Of a stretch of DNA of 55,495 bases, positions 38,093 to 47,721 are shown one piece after another. The stretch's first letter is position 1; each line of letters starts with the position of its first letter. A program made the translations under genes and the position numbers. Source of the stretch: a virus (lineage: Duplodnaviria; Caudoviricetes). The notes beneath the pieces were generated by a model that searched no databases, was not told where the DNA came from, and saw only the letters and a program-made list of their open reading frames with translations. The DNA lies in the IMG/VR virus record IMGVR_UViG_3300009071_000002, positions 1 through 55,495 of that record, one strand, 5' to 3'.

Positions 38093-39013
38093 TTATGCTG
38101 AGTGGTTGACTCTACCATCTTGCATGGCAGCATCAATCTCAGCTTCATATTTCTCAAAGTCCCAAGGTTTCATATTTTGAATTTCAGACATATTCCAAAC
38201 TTTTTTATTCCCGGAGGCTGACCTCGCAGGATTAGTTTTAGTTTTTAATACCGCCTGAGCTGCATCCAATTTACGATTTGAGACCGCTCTAGTTTTGTTT
38301 GACGAAATACCCACATCCGCTTTGTATAAGTCAACAGTGCGAATTGCCCATTTAGAATCAGTATTGTTTTTACGAATACCATCCGCTATAGTGGCAGGTT
38401 GTTCCTCAAGCCATGCTAAAAATTCAGGAGTAGCCTTGATTTCATTAAAATCAGGGTGGGCTGAATTTAGCTGCTTAAATGCAGACTGTACAATTAACTT
38501 CTGTTCTTTTTCAGTAAGCTCGTTAATTTTAGCTTTAAGATCAGCAGTTTTTTGGTCAGCCATTTCGTGAGAGATAGTTTCAACAACTTGATATACATCT
38601 GGATATTTTTCTCTAAATTGAGCCAGTTCTTCCTTAGTTTTAGGAGGAGCATACTCTTGTTCTTGTTGTACTTTTTCAGCTACATTAGCTTGGGCAGCAA
38701 GAGTTACTTTTTCTTGTTTCCATTCATTTAGTTGCTGATCGTAGTATTTCTTTAGATCGTCATATCTTTTCTTATAATCATGTTCTTGTTTTTCTGTTTG
38801 TACCTCTTCATTGTTAGGAACAGCACTTGCAGTGTTTGCATCCATAAAACCTTCAGAGTCTTGTTGGGTAGCCTCTACGGTGCCAACTTCTTCTGGAGTT
38901 TCTATATCATCTTCATATACATCGTCTTTATAAGCACCTCTAAACATAGATTCTCTACTATCGTCTTTGATTGCAGAGTCGGGCTTATTTGTAGTCTTCA
39001 GTTCTTTCGCCAT
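38093..39013 (-). CDS. Scaffolding protein
   Basis: Acidic N-terminus, coiled coil (YKKRYDDLK), C-terminal I..A..GRV; upstream of MCP. Confidence 0.75.
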   Translation of the reverse strand: MAKELKTTNKPDSAIKDDSRESMFRGAYKDDVYEDDIETPEEVGTVEATQQDSEGFMDANTASAVPNNEEVQTEKQEHDYKKRYDDLKKYYDQQLNEWKQEKVTLAAQANVAEKVQQEQEYAPPKTKEELAQFREKYPDVYQVVETISHEMADQKTADLKAKINELTEKEQKLIVQSAFKQLNSAHPDFNEIKATPEFLAWLEEQPATIADGIRKNNTDSKWAIRTVDLYKADVGISSNKTRAVSNRKLDAAQAVLKTKTNPARSASGNKKVWNMSEIQNMKPWDFEKYEAEIDAAMQDGRVNHSA

Positions 39014-39029
39014 TTTTGTTTTCCTTCAT

Positions 39030-39099
39030 GTGGGGCCTTCTTTAGGGTAGCCACTTCGGTTGTTGTATGTAGGGGCCGTTGAAGAAACGGGTAGCCTAC
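39030..39099 (-). promoter_or_regulatory. Tandem structured RNA hairpins in the scaffold gene leader
   Basis: Two stems (39030-39054, 39069-39099) with the same CUAC/CC internal loop and different but paired stems. Confidence 0.7.
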
Positions 39100-39124
39100 G
39101 CTATATTTAACCCGGAGGTTAAAA

Positions 39125-40756
39125 CTATTGTAAGTTCTCTATTACACTATTTGCATAGTTTTCTTTTTGGTCATTATCTTGATGCCCATAATAGGAACCT
39201 AAAAGTCCTTTTAAAGTACTACTTTCTTCTCTTAAAGATTTTAATTGCAATACTCTTTTGTAAATATTTTTGTACATTTTTTCTGAATTATCTGGAAGTA
39301 ATTCTGGAGGTATACCCTGTTCTTGTTTTGATTTATTACTTGGTAAAAAATACCCCTCTTTTACATATTGTATAAATTCTTGCGGGCTTATGCCTAATAC
39401 TCCCAATGCATCTCTACCTTTAGGGGATTCTCCTGTAGATACTGAACGGCTTGCACTACCGTCAAATAATTGTAAATTTATATTTAATGTTTGAGCAGCA
39501 GTTATTTTATCTACAAAACTTTTTTCAGTTTCACTAAGCAGTTTTACAAATTCTGGATCTGTTAAAGTTTTTTTAACAATCTGCACTGGCCCAAACGCTG
39601 AACTTCTTCCGGCTGGAGAAAAACCTTTACCAACTTTTACAAAACTAAATTTAGGTGTATCTCCTCGCCACTCATATTTTGCTGTAGCATCATAGAGTTG
39701 ATCAGGTGTGTAACCAAAATATGTTTGAACTTCTGTTGGTCTGTCCCCTGTTTCTTGAGGCACAAAATCTGTGGGTTCAACAGTGCTATCTGGAACATAA
39801 TTTGTTTTAGGTAGATCTTGTGTTGTTGGTTTATTTTTTTCAATTTGCCTTTGCATCAAATCTATTTGGTTTTCCCTATCTGGATTTTTTTTTTCTACGT
39901 TATCGGGTGCAGCAAGTGGTGAAGGTATGTCCGTAACTGCTGTTGAAACATCTGATCTAGATTGAACATCTAGACCCATTGCTGCCTCTTGGATAATTGG
40001 AGGCAAATTACTTTTTTGTTTAGGTTGTTCAGCTAACATTTTTTTAGTTTCTTTTGTTCCTACACCATTTATTTCTTCTAATTTATCATAGCCTATAACT
40101 GCCGCAATAACATCAGGAATAATAACTTCACCTTTAGATACAAGAATTTTTTCAGCATCTACAGGAATTTTAGAAGTGTCTAATTTTATTCCTTTTTCTT
40201 GTAGATAAGCCATAGCCTCTTCTATTAGATCATATAGTTTTCTTACACCTATTTTTCTAACAGCAGCAGCATTGATTACAAATCCATCACTTTCTGCAGG
40301 AACATCATCAGCAACACCAGATTTATCTGCCCCGGGTTGATTTACTACACCAACAGGGCCTGCTGCAACTTGACCAGCTTCTTGTTCTGGTGGTTTTTCC
40401 ATTTCTCCCCCTAAAGCTGACATTTGGGGAGCATTTTGAGGCATCTGCCCTTGTGCAGGGCTAGGAGGTACCATAGGTTGCATTTGACCTTGCTGAGCTA
40501 CATTACCACCACGCATAGCATCTAACGATACTCCTTGTGGATTTATAGAGCTTGTTTCTTCCAGATCCTGCGGATTATCTCCTGCAGCCTTCTGTAAAAG
40601 ACCCATAAATTGAGCAACTATAGGTTTTGCTTCTTCCATAAAATTTTGTTCTTCAGGACTAAGATTTTCTTGTATTAATGCTTCCAGTTTTTCACCTTCA
40701 ACGGTAGCACTTCCTTCTGTTAAAAATTCTTGGTCAAATTCTTCTATTTCAGGCAT
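39125..40756 (-). CDS. Probable virion protein with a tape-measure-type GG/GEFV-like domain and a C-terminal lysozyme-like domain
   Basis: ALGG...G.ADDVPA..DGFVINAAAVRKIG and SKGEVII; C-terminal E...SSAFGPVQI. Confidence 0.55.
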   Translation of the reverse strand: MPEIEEFDQEFLTEGSATVEGEKLEALIQENLSPEEQNFMEEAKPIVAQFMGLLQKAAGDNPQDLEETSSINPQGVSLDAMRGGNVAQQGQMQPMVPPSPAQGQMPQNAPQMSALGGEMEKPPEQEAGQVAAGPVGVVNQPGADKSGVADDVPAESDGFVINAAAVRKIGVRKLYDLIEEAMAYLQEKGIKLDTSKIPVDAEKILVSKGEVIIPDVIAAVIGYDKLEEINGVGTKETKKMLAEQPKQKSNLPPIIQEAAMGLDVQSRSDVSTAVTDIPSPLAAPDNVEKKNPDRENQIDLMQRQIEKNKPTTQDLPKTNYVPDSTVEPTDFVPQETGDRPTEVQTYFGYTPDQLYDATAKYEWRGDTPKFSFVKVGKGFSPAGRSSAFGPVQIVKKTLTDPEFVKLLSETEKSFVDKITAAQTLNINLQLFDGSASRSVSTGESPKGRDALGVLGISPQEFIQYVKEGYFLPSNKSKQEQGIPPELLPDNSEKMYKNIYKRVLQLKSLREESSTLKGLLGSYYGHQDNDQKENYANSVIENLQ

Positions 40757-41183
40757 CTTCTATTAATCCCGTTACATATTTAGCTCGTCTAGCTGTTTGT
40801 TTTGCCCACCGAGAATCTCTTGCTTCTACAGCAGCTTCTTTAAAACGATCTTCTTGCATCAAAGCTAAAGTTTTTTTAAATTTAAGAACTCCAGTCATAC
40901 CTAACTGAAATCTCATGTGCATCAACGCCATTTGTATTTTAGCTGGTTTAGATCTCCACCAAGATAGGCTGTTGTCTAAACTTGCGGAACATTCGTCTAT
41001 GTCGTTGTGTAGTAAATAGATAGCTTCGTCTTTTGTAATTTTGCCACCTTTTTCTGGGTCAATCAATCTACCTATGCCAATTGTTGCATAACCTTCGCTG
41101 TCTACGTATTGATGAAGTACCAGACCTTCGTGGTCTATCAACGAGTCTACCAATTCAGACTTACGGAATCCATCCACTATCAT
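40749..41183 (-). CDS. Endolysin, T4-type lysozyme (GH24)
   Basis: HEG...Y.DSEGY.TIGIGR catalytic motif; M.FQLG..G...F; DSRWAKQT..RA. Confidence 0.9.
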   Translation of the reverse strand: MIVDGFRKSELVDSLIDHEGLVLHQYVDSEGYATIGIGRLIDPEKGGKITKDEAIYLLHNDIDECSASLDNSLSWWRSKPAKIQMALMHMRFQLGMTGVLKFKKTLALMQEDRFKEAAVEARDSRWAKQTARRAKYVTGLIEDA

Positions 41184-41575
41184 TTTTTACCTAACATTTT
41201 AGTAGCCCAACGAATACCAAGTGATGCGGATATTGCACCGATAAATGTGTAGCTGTACCACTCTGGTGCTCTAGATACATAATCCCACCCAAGCATGACG
41301 TACTCCTGTGTCCAAGGAAGAAAAGAGCCAATGAATGGCATAGTTATTACAAGCAACGCAAACTCATCTTTGTAGCTATACTGTTGTTGTTTTAATGCCT
41401 CTACATCGTAATTTATTTCTGAGTCTGCTGTTTTTTCAATGCGTTTTATTTCTGCATCTACTTTTGCTTCTGCTATTTTTGCTTTTGATTTAATTTTAGT
41501 TGTGCGTTCTTCCATGTATGATTTTACAGGTGCACTAACTAAATTTACAATTGGTCCTAAAAATGATAATAACAT
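41180..41575 (-). CDS. Holin-like membrane protein
   Basis: S.KDEF...P TM segment and PEWY...I.AS.GIR; adjacent to endolysin. Confidence 0.6.
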   Translation of the reverse strand: MLLSFLGPIVNLVSAPVKSYMEERTTKIKSKAKIAEAKVDAEIKRIEKTADSEINYDVEALKQQQYSYKDEFALLVITMPFIGSFLPWTQEYVMLGWDYVSRAPEWYSYTFIGAISASLGIRWATKMLGKK

Positions 41576-43210
41576 TTAATAATTTGATCCTCCGTTACCT
41601 TCGTTAAACCTTCCAACTAAATTATAATATAATATGTCATATGGGTTATCTACATCCCTTACTTTTGATTGACTGGTAAGATTTCGTGTATGGCGGCCGT
41701 AATAATCTATCGGAGATGACGTATCTGGTTGCCCCGTATCAACAGTTCTATAAATTTCAGTAGGAACTCCATCTCTAGTCAATTCTTGACCTATACCCGC
41801 TTTTTTTGCATCATATAATCCGCCACGTTCCATAGCTCTTTCTCTATAGTGTTCATTAAATTGTACCATAGCAGCTTCATATTCTTTTTGTGACCCAATT
41901 TGTTTTCCATTTACTTTAGGTGATCCTTGCATAAATCCTTTTATCTCCATTATAGATCGTATCATCATAGAAGCATCTGCATAACCACTTTGATTTATAT
42001 TTTCATATCTTCCTAATCTAGAATTTTCAGCTAAAGCTTTTTTATATGCTGGCTCATAAAATTTTAACCCAAAGTAATCTTTAAACGTATTTAAATAATC
42101 CGAAACTGCTGCTGCACCCGCTTGTCCAGATTCAGTTCTGTAACCATTATAACCATACCCTGAAGTTGCTTGAAAATAGTTATTTTTAAACGCTATATCA
42201 GCTCCACCTTTTGCATATTTAGGTTTCCCCCTTCGGCTTTTTAAAAAACTTACTAATCCTTTAAAAGCTCCATACGCTACTGCTACAGGGTTTCCAGTAA
42301 ATATTGCATATGTAGCTATTGCAGCATCTACTTTACCCTCTGTAGTTTGTGGGATACCTCCTTTAAAGGTATAGTACAAAGCAGCTGCTTTAATAGCGTA
42401 TGGAGCATACTTAGATACATTAGCAGCAATTTGTTCTCCAGTTCCCGGGGGAATATACGGAGCTAACCCCGTTTGTGTTCCCATTCCACCGTAGATACCT
42501 TTTGCTGCATCAAATGCGTAAGCAGACATAACTTGTCCGGTTGTAGATAGAGTAGAGGCAAATTCTGCCCCGTATGGGCCAGAGTAGTCTAGTGCAGCTA
42601 AATTACACGGTGGAGCATCAAACCTTTCTGGTGGATCAAAAAGAGATTTTACTTCACTACCTACTTTTCTTGCTCTATTAATATCCCCAAAAGTATCTTG
42701 CAAATCTTGCATTTGTTCCTCTAACCAAGATAAATTTTCTTGCTTAGGTCCCATTTGCTCCCCACCCTCTTCTAGTGACATGCTGTCATCAGTAAGAGAA
42801 ATGTCTTCTAACATCTGTCTATCTTCTATAGTTACAGTATCACCTAATTGTGTTGCTGTAATATCCTGCTGTTCTAAAGCATTTAGATTTGCTACAGGAG
42901 TTTCTGGAAAAATGTCTCCAGCGTAGGATGTGTACTTTGATCTCTGTTTAGCTTCTTCTTCACGTTTCTTTTTTAGAGCCTCTGGACTTAGTCCTTTTAC
43001 TAAACTATCTAAGCCGTACCCTAAAAAATCTTCTCTCTTTAACGATACGGAAGGAGCGTCATCTAAGGATACACCTTCCAATGAAGCTTTTTGACTACCT
43101 TCAAGCTCTTCTTTAAATTCTTTTGAAATTTGTTCAGAAGAAGATCGTTCAAAAGCTGTGACAGTAGGGTCTTGTACTTTTTGAAATGGTGCTAACGCAT
43201 TAAGAGACAT
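41576..43210 (-). CDS. Hypothetical late protein (544 aa), probable virion/ejection protein
   Basis: Long ORF; central hydrophobic helices followed by KYAKGG. Confidence 0.6.
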   Translation of the reverse strand: MSLNALAPFQKVQDPTVTAFERSSSEQISKEFKEELEGSQKASLEGVSLDDAPSVSLKREDFLGYGLDSLVKGLSPEALKKKREEEAKQRSKYTSYAGDIFPETPVANLNALEQQDITATQLGDTVTIEDRQMLEDISLTDDSMSLEEGGEQMGPKQENLSWLEEQMQDLQDTFGDINRARKVGSEVKSLFDPPERFDAPPCNLAALDYSGPYGAEFASTLSTTGQVMSAYAFDAAKGIYGGMGTQTGLAPYIPPGTGEQIAANVSKYAPYAIKAAALYYTFKGGIPQTTEGKVDAAIATYAIFTGNPVAVAYGAFKGLVSFLKSRRGKPKYAKGGADIAFKNNYFQATSGYGYNGYRTESGQAGAAAVSDYLNTFKDYFGLKFYEPAYKKALAENSRLGRYENINQSGYADASMMIRSIMEIKGFMQGSPKVNGKQIGSQKEYEAAMVQFNEHYRERAMERGGLYDAKKAGIGQELTRDGVPTEIYRTVDTGQPDTSSPIDYYGRHTRNLTSQSKVRDVDNPYDILYYNLVGRFNEGNGGSNY

Positions 43211-43445
43211 TCTTTCTCATTTCTTTAAAATTATCCTTCAACTTGAGGAGCATTTCCAGTAAACCCGCTTTCCCCTGCAGTCGGTACACTTCCAGTTCCG
43301 ATGGTGCTACCACCAGTGCCGCTAGGGTCTGCTTGTGGAGGTTGTTGAGGTACTCCTCCAACACCTGCCATTCCAGCTTGTCTTGGCTGAGGAGCGGAGT
43401 TAGGGCCTTGAGGGGCTCCTTCCGGTTGTTCTGGTTGTTGGGCAT
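43200..43445 (-). CDS. Small conserved protein overlapping the portal 3' end
   Basis: AAAGGA RBS; E.YR.QGK...L..LL.LK motif typical of the post-portal gene. Confidence 0.65.
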   Translation of the reverse strand: MPNNQNNRKEPLKALTPLLSQDKLEWQVLEEYLNNLHKQTLAALVVAPSELEVYRLQGKAGLLEMLLKLKDNFKEMRKNVS

Positions 43446-45342
43446 CTTGTAATCCTTTAAGTATTTCAGCGTATATCTGTGCTTCGTTTACATCGTTTAC
43501 TAAGCTGTCAGGATCAATATCCTGTGATATAGCTAGTTCTTTTAACAGGTTTGGTATTTTAATAAATGGTGCAAGCATTGGATTTCCTACAGTTTGCAAC
43601 AATGCTGTTAATCTTTGTGAACGTACTTCTTTTTGCATTACAGAAGCAGCTCCTTTTGGTTTAATTTCAAGATCTCCTTCTATATCTGGGTTATCTTCAT
43701 TAAACTGCATGTTCCATTGAAACAATGCCTCTCCTACAGGTTTAAGAAGATAATCATCTAAGTTTTTAATAACTGTTTTTATAGATAATCCTGAAGAGCC
43801 TAGCAACATAGATAAACCTGCAGCAGTTCTGCCTGTACCTGTTACACCAGTTTGACCATGCATAATGCTTGGTATGCCCGTTTCTTCATCAGCAAGTTGC
43901 CTTGCTTTGTCATACATTTGTATATTTTCACCAGCGGTGCTAGGAAATTTTATAGCGTTTACAGCAGTCCCAGTAACTCCTGACTGTCTTCTAAACACTT
44001 TTCCGGGAAAAATGTCGTAATTCTGTCCGGGTACAAGGGATGTTTCATCTACATCAAATACAAGGTTGCCAGCAAGTGCTAAATTATCTATAGCCATGCG
44101 TACATGCCCATTCATTAACATCTGTGCATCTTCCATGTTTTCTGGAATACCCACACCCCATATTTGATAGGGGTTTATTTCATATGGAAATATAGAATAG
44201 GGTAATCTAGCTGGCGTAAATGGATTTATACAAGCCCTTAATATTTGACCTCCTGAAATCCAAATGTTTACTTGAACTTCATCTAAATCATCCATGTCGG
44301 CAGCTTCTTCTAATCCTATTTGTTTAGCAAAAGTAGAATCTATTGTTCCCCAGTATTCTAACACTTCGTATCTTTCACTATCTACATATGGTTGAGTTTC
44401 GTCATCACGAATTGTATCTTCAAAATACTTTTCTTCGTAATTACCACCCCCAGCAATAACTTCTCTTATTGCTTCAGGATCAAACATAGGCATATTCATA
44501 AGATTACGTAATTGGGAACGATTCATTTTATGACGTTGTATAATGTACTCACAATCATCTACATTTGTTGCAGATGGATCGGAATATACATCCCAACAAC
44601 TGACAGCTTCTAGACGAGGAACTAATTTAGGATACGGAGTGTATGTTTTTGCACCCGACTCATCTTTTTCCCATTTATGAACAGTTTTACCAAAGTTAAA
44701 TGGTCCTTTAATTATTCCTGTACCCAATAGAGCAGATTCAAATATAGCATGACGTAAAACATTTACAGCATTAGTATCTGTAAGCTGATCATGCATAACT
44801 TTTTCCATACGCAAAGCTGCTTTTTTAGCTGGAGATATTTGGGGTTCTCCCATCCTTGAAGGACCTTCTGCTAAAGGAGCGTCTGCCCCATATTTGTTAG
44901 CTAATGATCCTAAAAAATCTAAATCAGCAGTTGCTTCTGTTGCTCCCGGATTTAATTGTTTTCCGTCACCTTCAAAACCATATGGACTAGATGATATTTC
45001 ATCAGCTGGTGTTTTAAGGTGAGCAAATTCTGCAATTCCTTCTGGTACAGGAGTAGACTCTACAGTAATTGGAAATTTTTTATTAGCAAATAAAATATCT
45101 ACAATTTGACCATAAGCAGCAAGCACTTTAGTTTTAGTTATTTTTATAAATACCTTAGATTTTTCAGTACTTGTGTACTGTGTAGTAGAATCATAAATAC
45201 CCCTAAAATTTTTATACGCTTTTAACCAGCGTTGTTCATGGGTTTGTCTACCGTCTTCGGCTGCTCTCATACGTTCTTGAATTAAACCTATAAGTCCAGA
45301 GCCTTCAGCTAAGGCTTCTTTTGCATCAATTGGATCAGACAT
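43231..45342 (-). CDS. Portal protein
   Basis: S.VF.K.TKTKV.AAY, GTG..KGP, PYE..PY..WG.G and TG..RTA.G.SM motifs; between terminase and scaffold. Confidence 0.88.
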   Translation of the reverse strand: MSDPIDAKEALAEGSGLIGLIQERMRAAEDGRQTHEQRWLKAYKNFRGIYDSTTQYTSTEKSKVFIKITKTKVLAAYGQIVDILFANKKFPITVESTPVPEGIAEFAHLKTPADEISSSPYGFEGDGKQLNPGATEATADLDFLGSLANKYGADAPLAEGPSRMGEPQISPAKKAALRMEKVMHDQLTDTNAVNVLRHAIFESALLGTGIIKGPFNFGKTVHKWEKDESGAKTYTPYPKLVPRLEAVSCWDVYSDPSATNVDDCEYIIQRHKMNRSQLRNLMNMPMFDPEAIREVIAGGGNYEEKYFEDTIRDDETQPYVDSERYEVLEYWGTIDSTFAKQIGLEEAADMDDLDEVQVNIWISGGQILRACINPFTPARLPYSIFPYEINPYQIWGVGIPENMEDAQMLMNGHVRMAIDNLALAGNLVFDVDETSLVPGQNYDIFPGKVFRRQSGVTGTAVNAIKFPSTAGENIQMYDKARQLADEETGIPSIMHGQTGVTGTGRTAAGLSMLLGSSGLSIKTVIKNLDDYLLKPVGEALFQWNMQFNEDNPDIEGDLEIKPKGAASVMQKEVRSQRLTALLQTVGNPMLAPFIKIPNLLKELAISQDIDPDSLVNDVNEAQIYAEILKGLQDAQQPEQPEGAPQGPNSAPQPRQAGMAGVGGVPQQPPQADPSGTGGSTIGTGSVPTAGESGFTGNAPQVEG

Positions 45343-45357
45343 ACTGTTCCTTCTATA

Positions 45358-45603
45358 TTATGGTGTGTACTTTGAAGCACCCATTACTGTACCTAACGCA
45401 CCTGTTTGGTTTGCTGAGACAGATTTAGAGTCTTGTGTAGATTGAAATGGTCCGTTAATAGTACCGGCATTAGCACCAGCAATGCTTCCATCTAAAGCTT
45501 CACGATGTAATGAACTTTCATTAGCTTCATTCATTGCTCCTTGTTTACTCATCTGGCCCATTATGTAACCTGATTTGTAAGCTCCTGATACTCCTTGTGG
45601 CAT
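45358..45603 (-). CDS. Small late hypothetical protein
   Basis: AAGGAG RBS. Confidence 0.7.
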   Translation of the reverse strand: MPQGVSGAYKSGYIMGQMSKQGAMNEANESSLHREALDGSIAGANAGTINGPFQSTQDSKSVSANQTGALGTVMGASKYTP

Positions 45604-45630
45604 GGTAGTCTCCTTTTATAGTTGTTGTTG

Positions 45631-47721
45631 TTAAAATACTTCTTGTTTTTGTTCATCTAGATATATCAATTTACGACTATCTAAAATTTCTTTATCTTTA
45701 TCAGATAAAAAAGAACCTTCTGATTGTCTTAATTCTGCTACGTTTTCTTCTGTACTTGCAGGTTCCATCATAAGATTAGACCTAATTGTAATGTCTTTTT
45801 CTTCTGCAGATTTTAAATTTTTAGCCCGTTCTCCTGTATAATAATTTTCCGGAACTTCATTTGGAAATATTGCAAATTGAGCAAGTTGTTCTTCTACTGC
45901 TCTGTCTCCTTGTACTGCATATCTAATAGGTTCAAGAAGACCCATATATGGAAGTGCCTTTAGTCCTGCTTTTCCTATACCGTTTCTCCAAGCTTTTAAT
46001 CTTTGTTGAAATGTTCTTGGAGTTTCTTCGTTCATTCGCACAGGCCTACTGTCTTCTAACCTATTTTGTTCATCCATAATTTCTTCATCAGTTAAATTAG
46101 TACCTCTAATTGCATCTCTACTATCTTGGGCTTTTGCTCCCCTTTCCGCATCTATATTAAATTTACGTTCTGTTTTTCTTTTAATTTTTTCTTCTTCAAG
46201 AAATTTTTCGTTATTTGATATATCCTCTAAAGTTTCTTGATTTAATTTTGAAGCTTCAGCAAATCTTTTACGAGAATTAAGAAGAGCTTCCGACACTGCA
46301 TCATCAATATAGGCAGCATTGTTAGCATCTAAAGTGTGTAATCTACTGCTATTAGAATTTAAATTTTTAGCAAAATTAGTTTCGTGACTTTGCTCCCAAT
46401 CTATTAATGCAGCTTTTGGCATCCAACCCATAGCGTAAGTATGACGTAAAATTGCATCTTTTGCAGGTATTGCTGTATTATGTTTTACTTTAATTTCTGT
46501 TTCTGGTATAAGTATTTTACCACCAGTATTTTTGTACTCATTAATAACTCCATCTTTAGATAGTAAACTTTCTACAGAATTATAACCAGAGTAAGCAGTG
46601 TATTGATTATCTAAAATATCCATACCCGGAGTTATTATAGTTCTTAAAGCACCTTCAGTACTCATATATTTTATCATGGATACTGGAAGTTTTATACCAT
46701 GTGTTAAATTTTGATTATTAATAGCATTTTGAGTTATATAAAAAGGGTCTCCTTGTGGTAAATCTCCTCGTGCAAAAAGTGCACCAGATCTATCTTTAGC
46801 TAAATTTCTTATAAAAATTCTTGTTGGATTTTTTGTTTCATATTCTCCTAATCTTTCATTAAATACTTTAAATACTTTAGATGCATCTGTATTGTCAGGA
46901 ACATATGTATTTTTTAAATTATCTACTATTTCTTTATTTATTACAGCAGCATTTGGAAAAAGTTCTTTTCTACCATCTAATAGAGCTAACTGTCTGGCTC
47001 TTAAAACATAGTATCTTTCTAAATCTGTAAAATACGATAATCTACCTTTAGCAACATTTGCTTTTAAATTTTTAACTGCATCACCGCTATTATCTAATGT
47101 AGGATTATTTACATCATCAAAACTATCTACAGTTAACCTACTAAATTCAGCCGCTCTATCTCCTGTTAAAAATAGTAACCTAGCAGTAATTCTATCAATA
47201 CTACCTTTTGGATAAGTTTCTATATGGCGAGTTGTTGTAGCATATATATCATCTGGTATACTTGTAGGAACAACTCTGTCACCTTGACCACCAATCTTTA
47301 CGGCATAGCTACTATCTCCCGCAGATAATCTACTCATAGGTTTAACATCTGTATATTTTTCAAAAGTTGGGTCCATATAACCTTTTAATATTTTAGGACT
47401 ACCAAGTTTTTTATCTAATATATATTTTTGATTACTTAACTTTACATAATCTTTTGGAGACATATTAGCTATACGCATATCATTGTCAGGAAAACTATGA
47501 TTTCTATATTTTATCATAGTTGTAATCATTGCACTAACATCTGCTTTATTTAAACCTTTAGCAGCATTTACAGTGCCAGACTCTAAACTTTTTAATATTT
47601 TACTTTTCATATCAGCGGGTATAGAAGTATTCTGCATAAATGCTTCATAAGATTTTGCAGTCATTCCCGGTTGGGTTGTAAGCCTCTCAATAAAAAGATC
47701 TTCTACGGTAATATCAGCCAT
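45631..47721 (-). CDS. Large late protein with a tyrosine-recombinase-like catalytic domain
   Basis: ARLLFLTGDRAAEFSRL, K, LF, IFIR and LTH-x10-Y motifs in the expected order. Confidence 0.55.
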   Translation of the reverse strand: MADITVEDLFIERLTTQPGMTAKSYEAFMQNTSIPADMKSKILKSLESGTVNAAKGLNKADVSAMITTMIKYRNHSFPDNDMRIANMSPKDYVKLSNQKYILDKKLGSPKILKGYMDPTFEKYTDVKPMSRLSAGDSSYAVKIGGQGDRVVPTSIPDDIYATTTRHIETYPKGSIDRITARLLFLTGDRAAEFSRLTVDSFDDVNNPTLDNSGDAVKNLKANVAKGRLSYFTDLERYYVLRARQLALLDGRKELFPNAAVINKEIVDNLKNTYVPDNTDASKVFKVFNERLGEYETKNPTRIFIRNLAKDRSGALFARGDLPQGDPFYITQNAINNQNLTHGIKLPVSMIKYMSTEGALRTIITPGMDILDNQYTAYSGYNSVESLLSKDGVINEYKNTGGKILIPETEIKVKHNTAIPAKDAILRHTYAMGWMPKAALIDWEQSHETNFAKNLNSNSSRLHTLDANNAAYIDDAVSEALLNSRKRFAEASKLNQETLEDISNNEKFLEEEKIKRKTERKFNIDAERGAKAQDSRDAIRGTNLTDEEIMDEQNRLEDSRPVRMNEETPRTFQQRLKAWRNGIGKAGLKALPYMGLLEPIRYAVQGDRAVEEQLAQFAIFPNEVPENYYTGERAKNLKSAEEKDITIRSNLMMEPASTEENVAELRQSEGSFLSDKDKEILDSRKLIYLDEQKQEVF

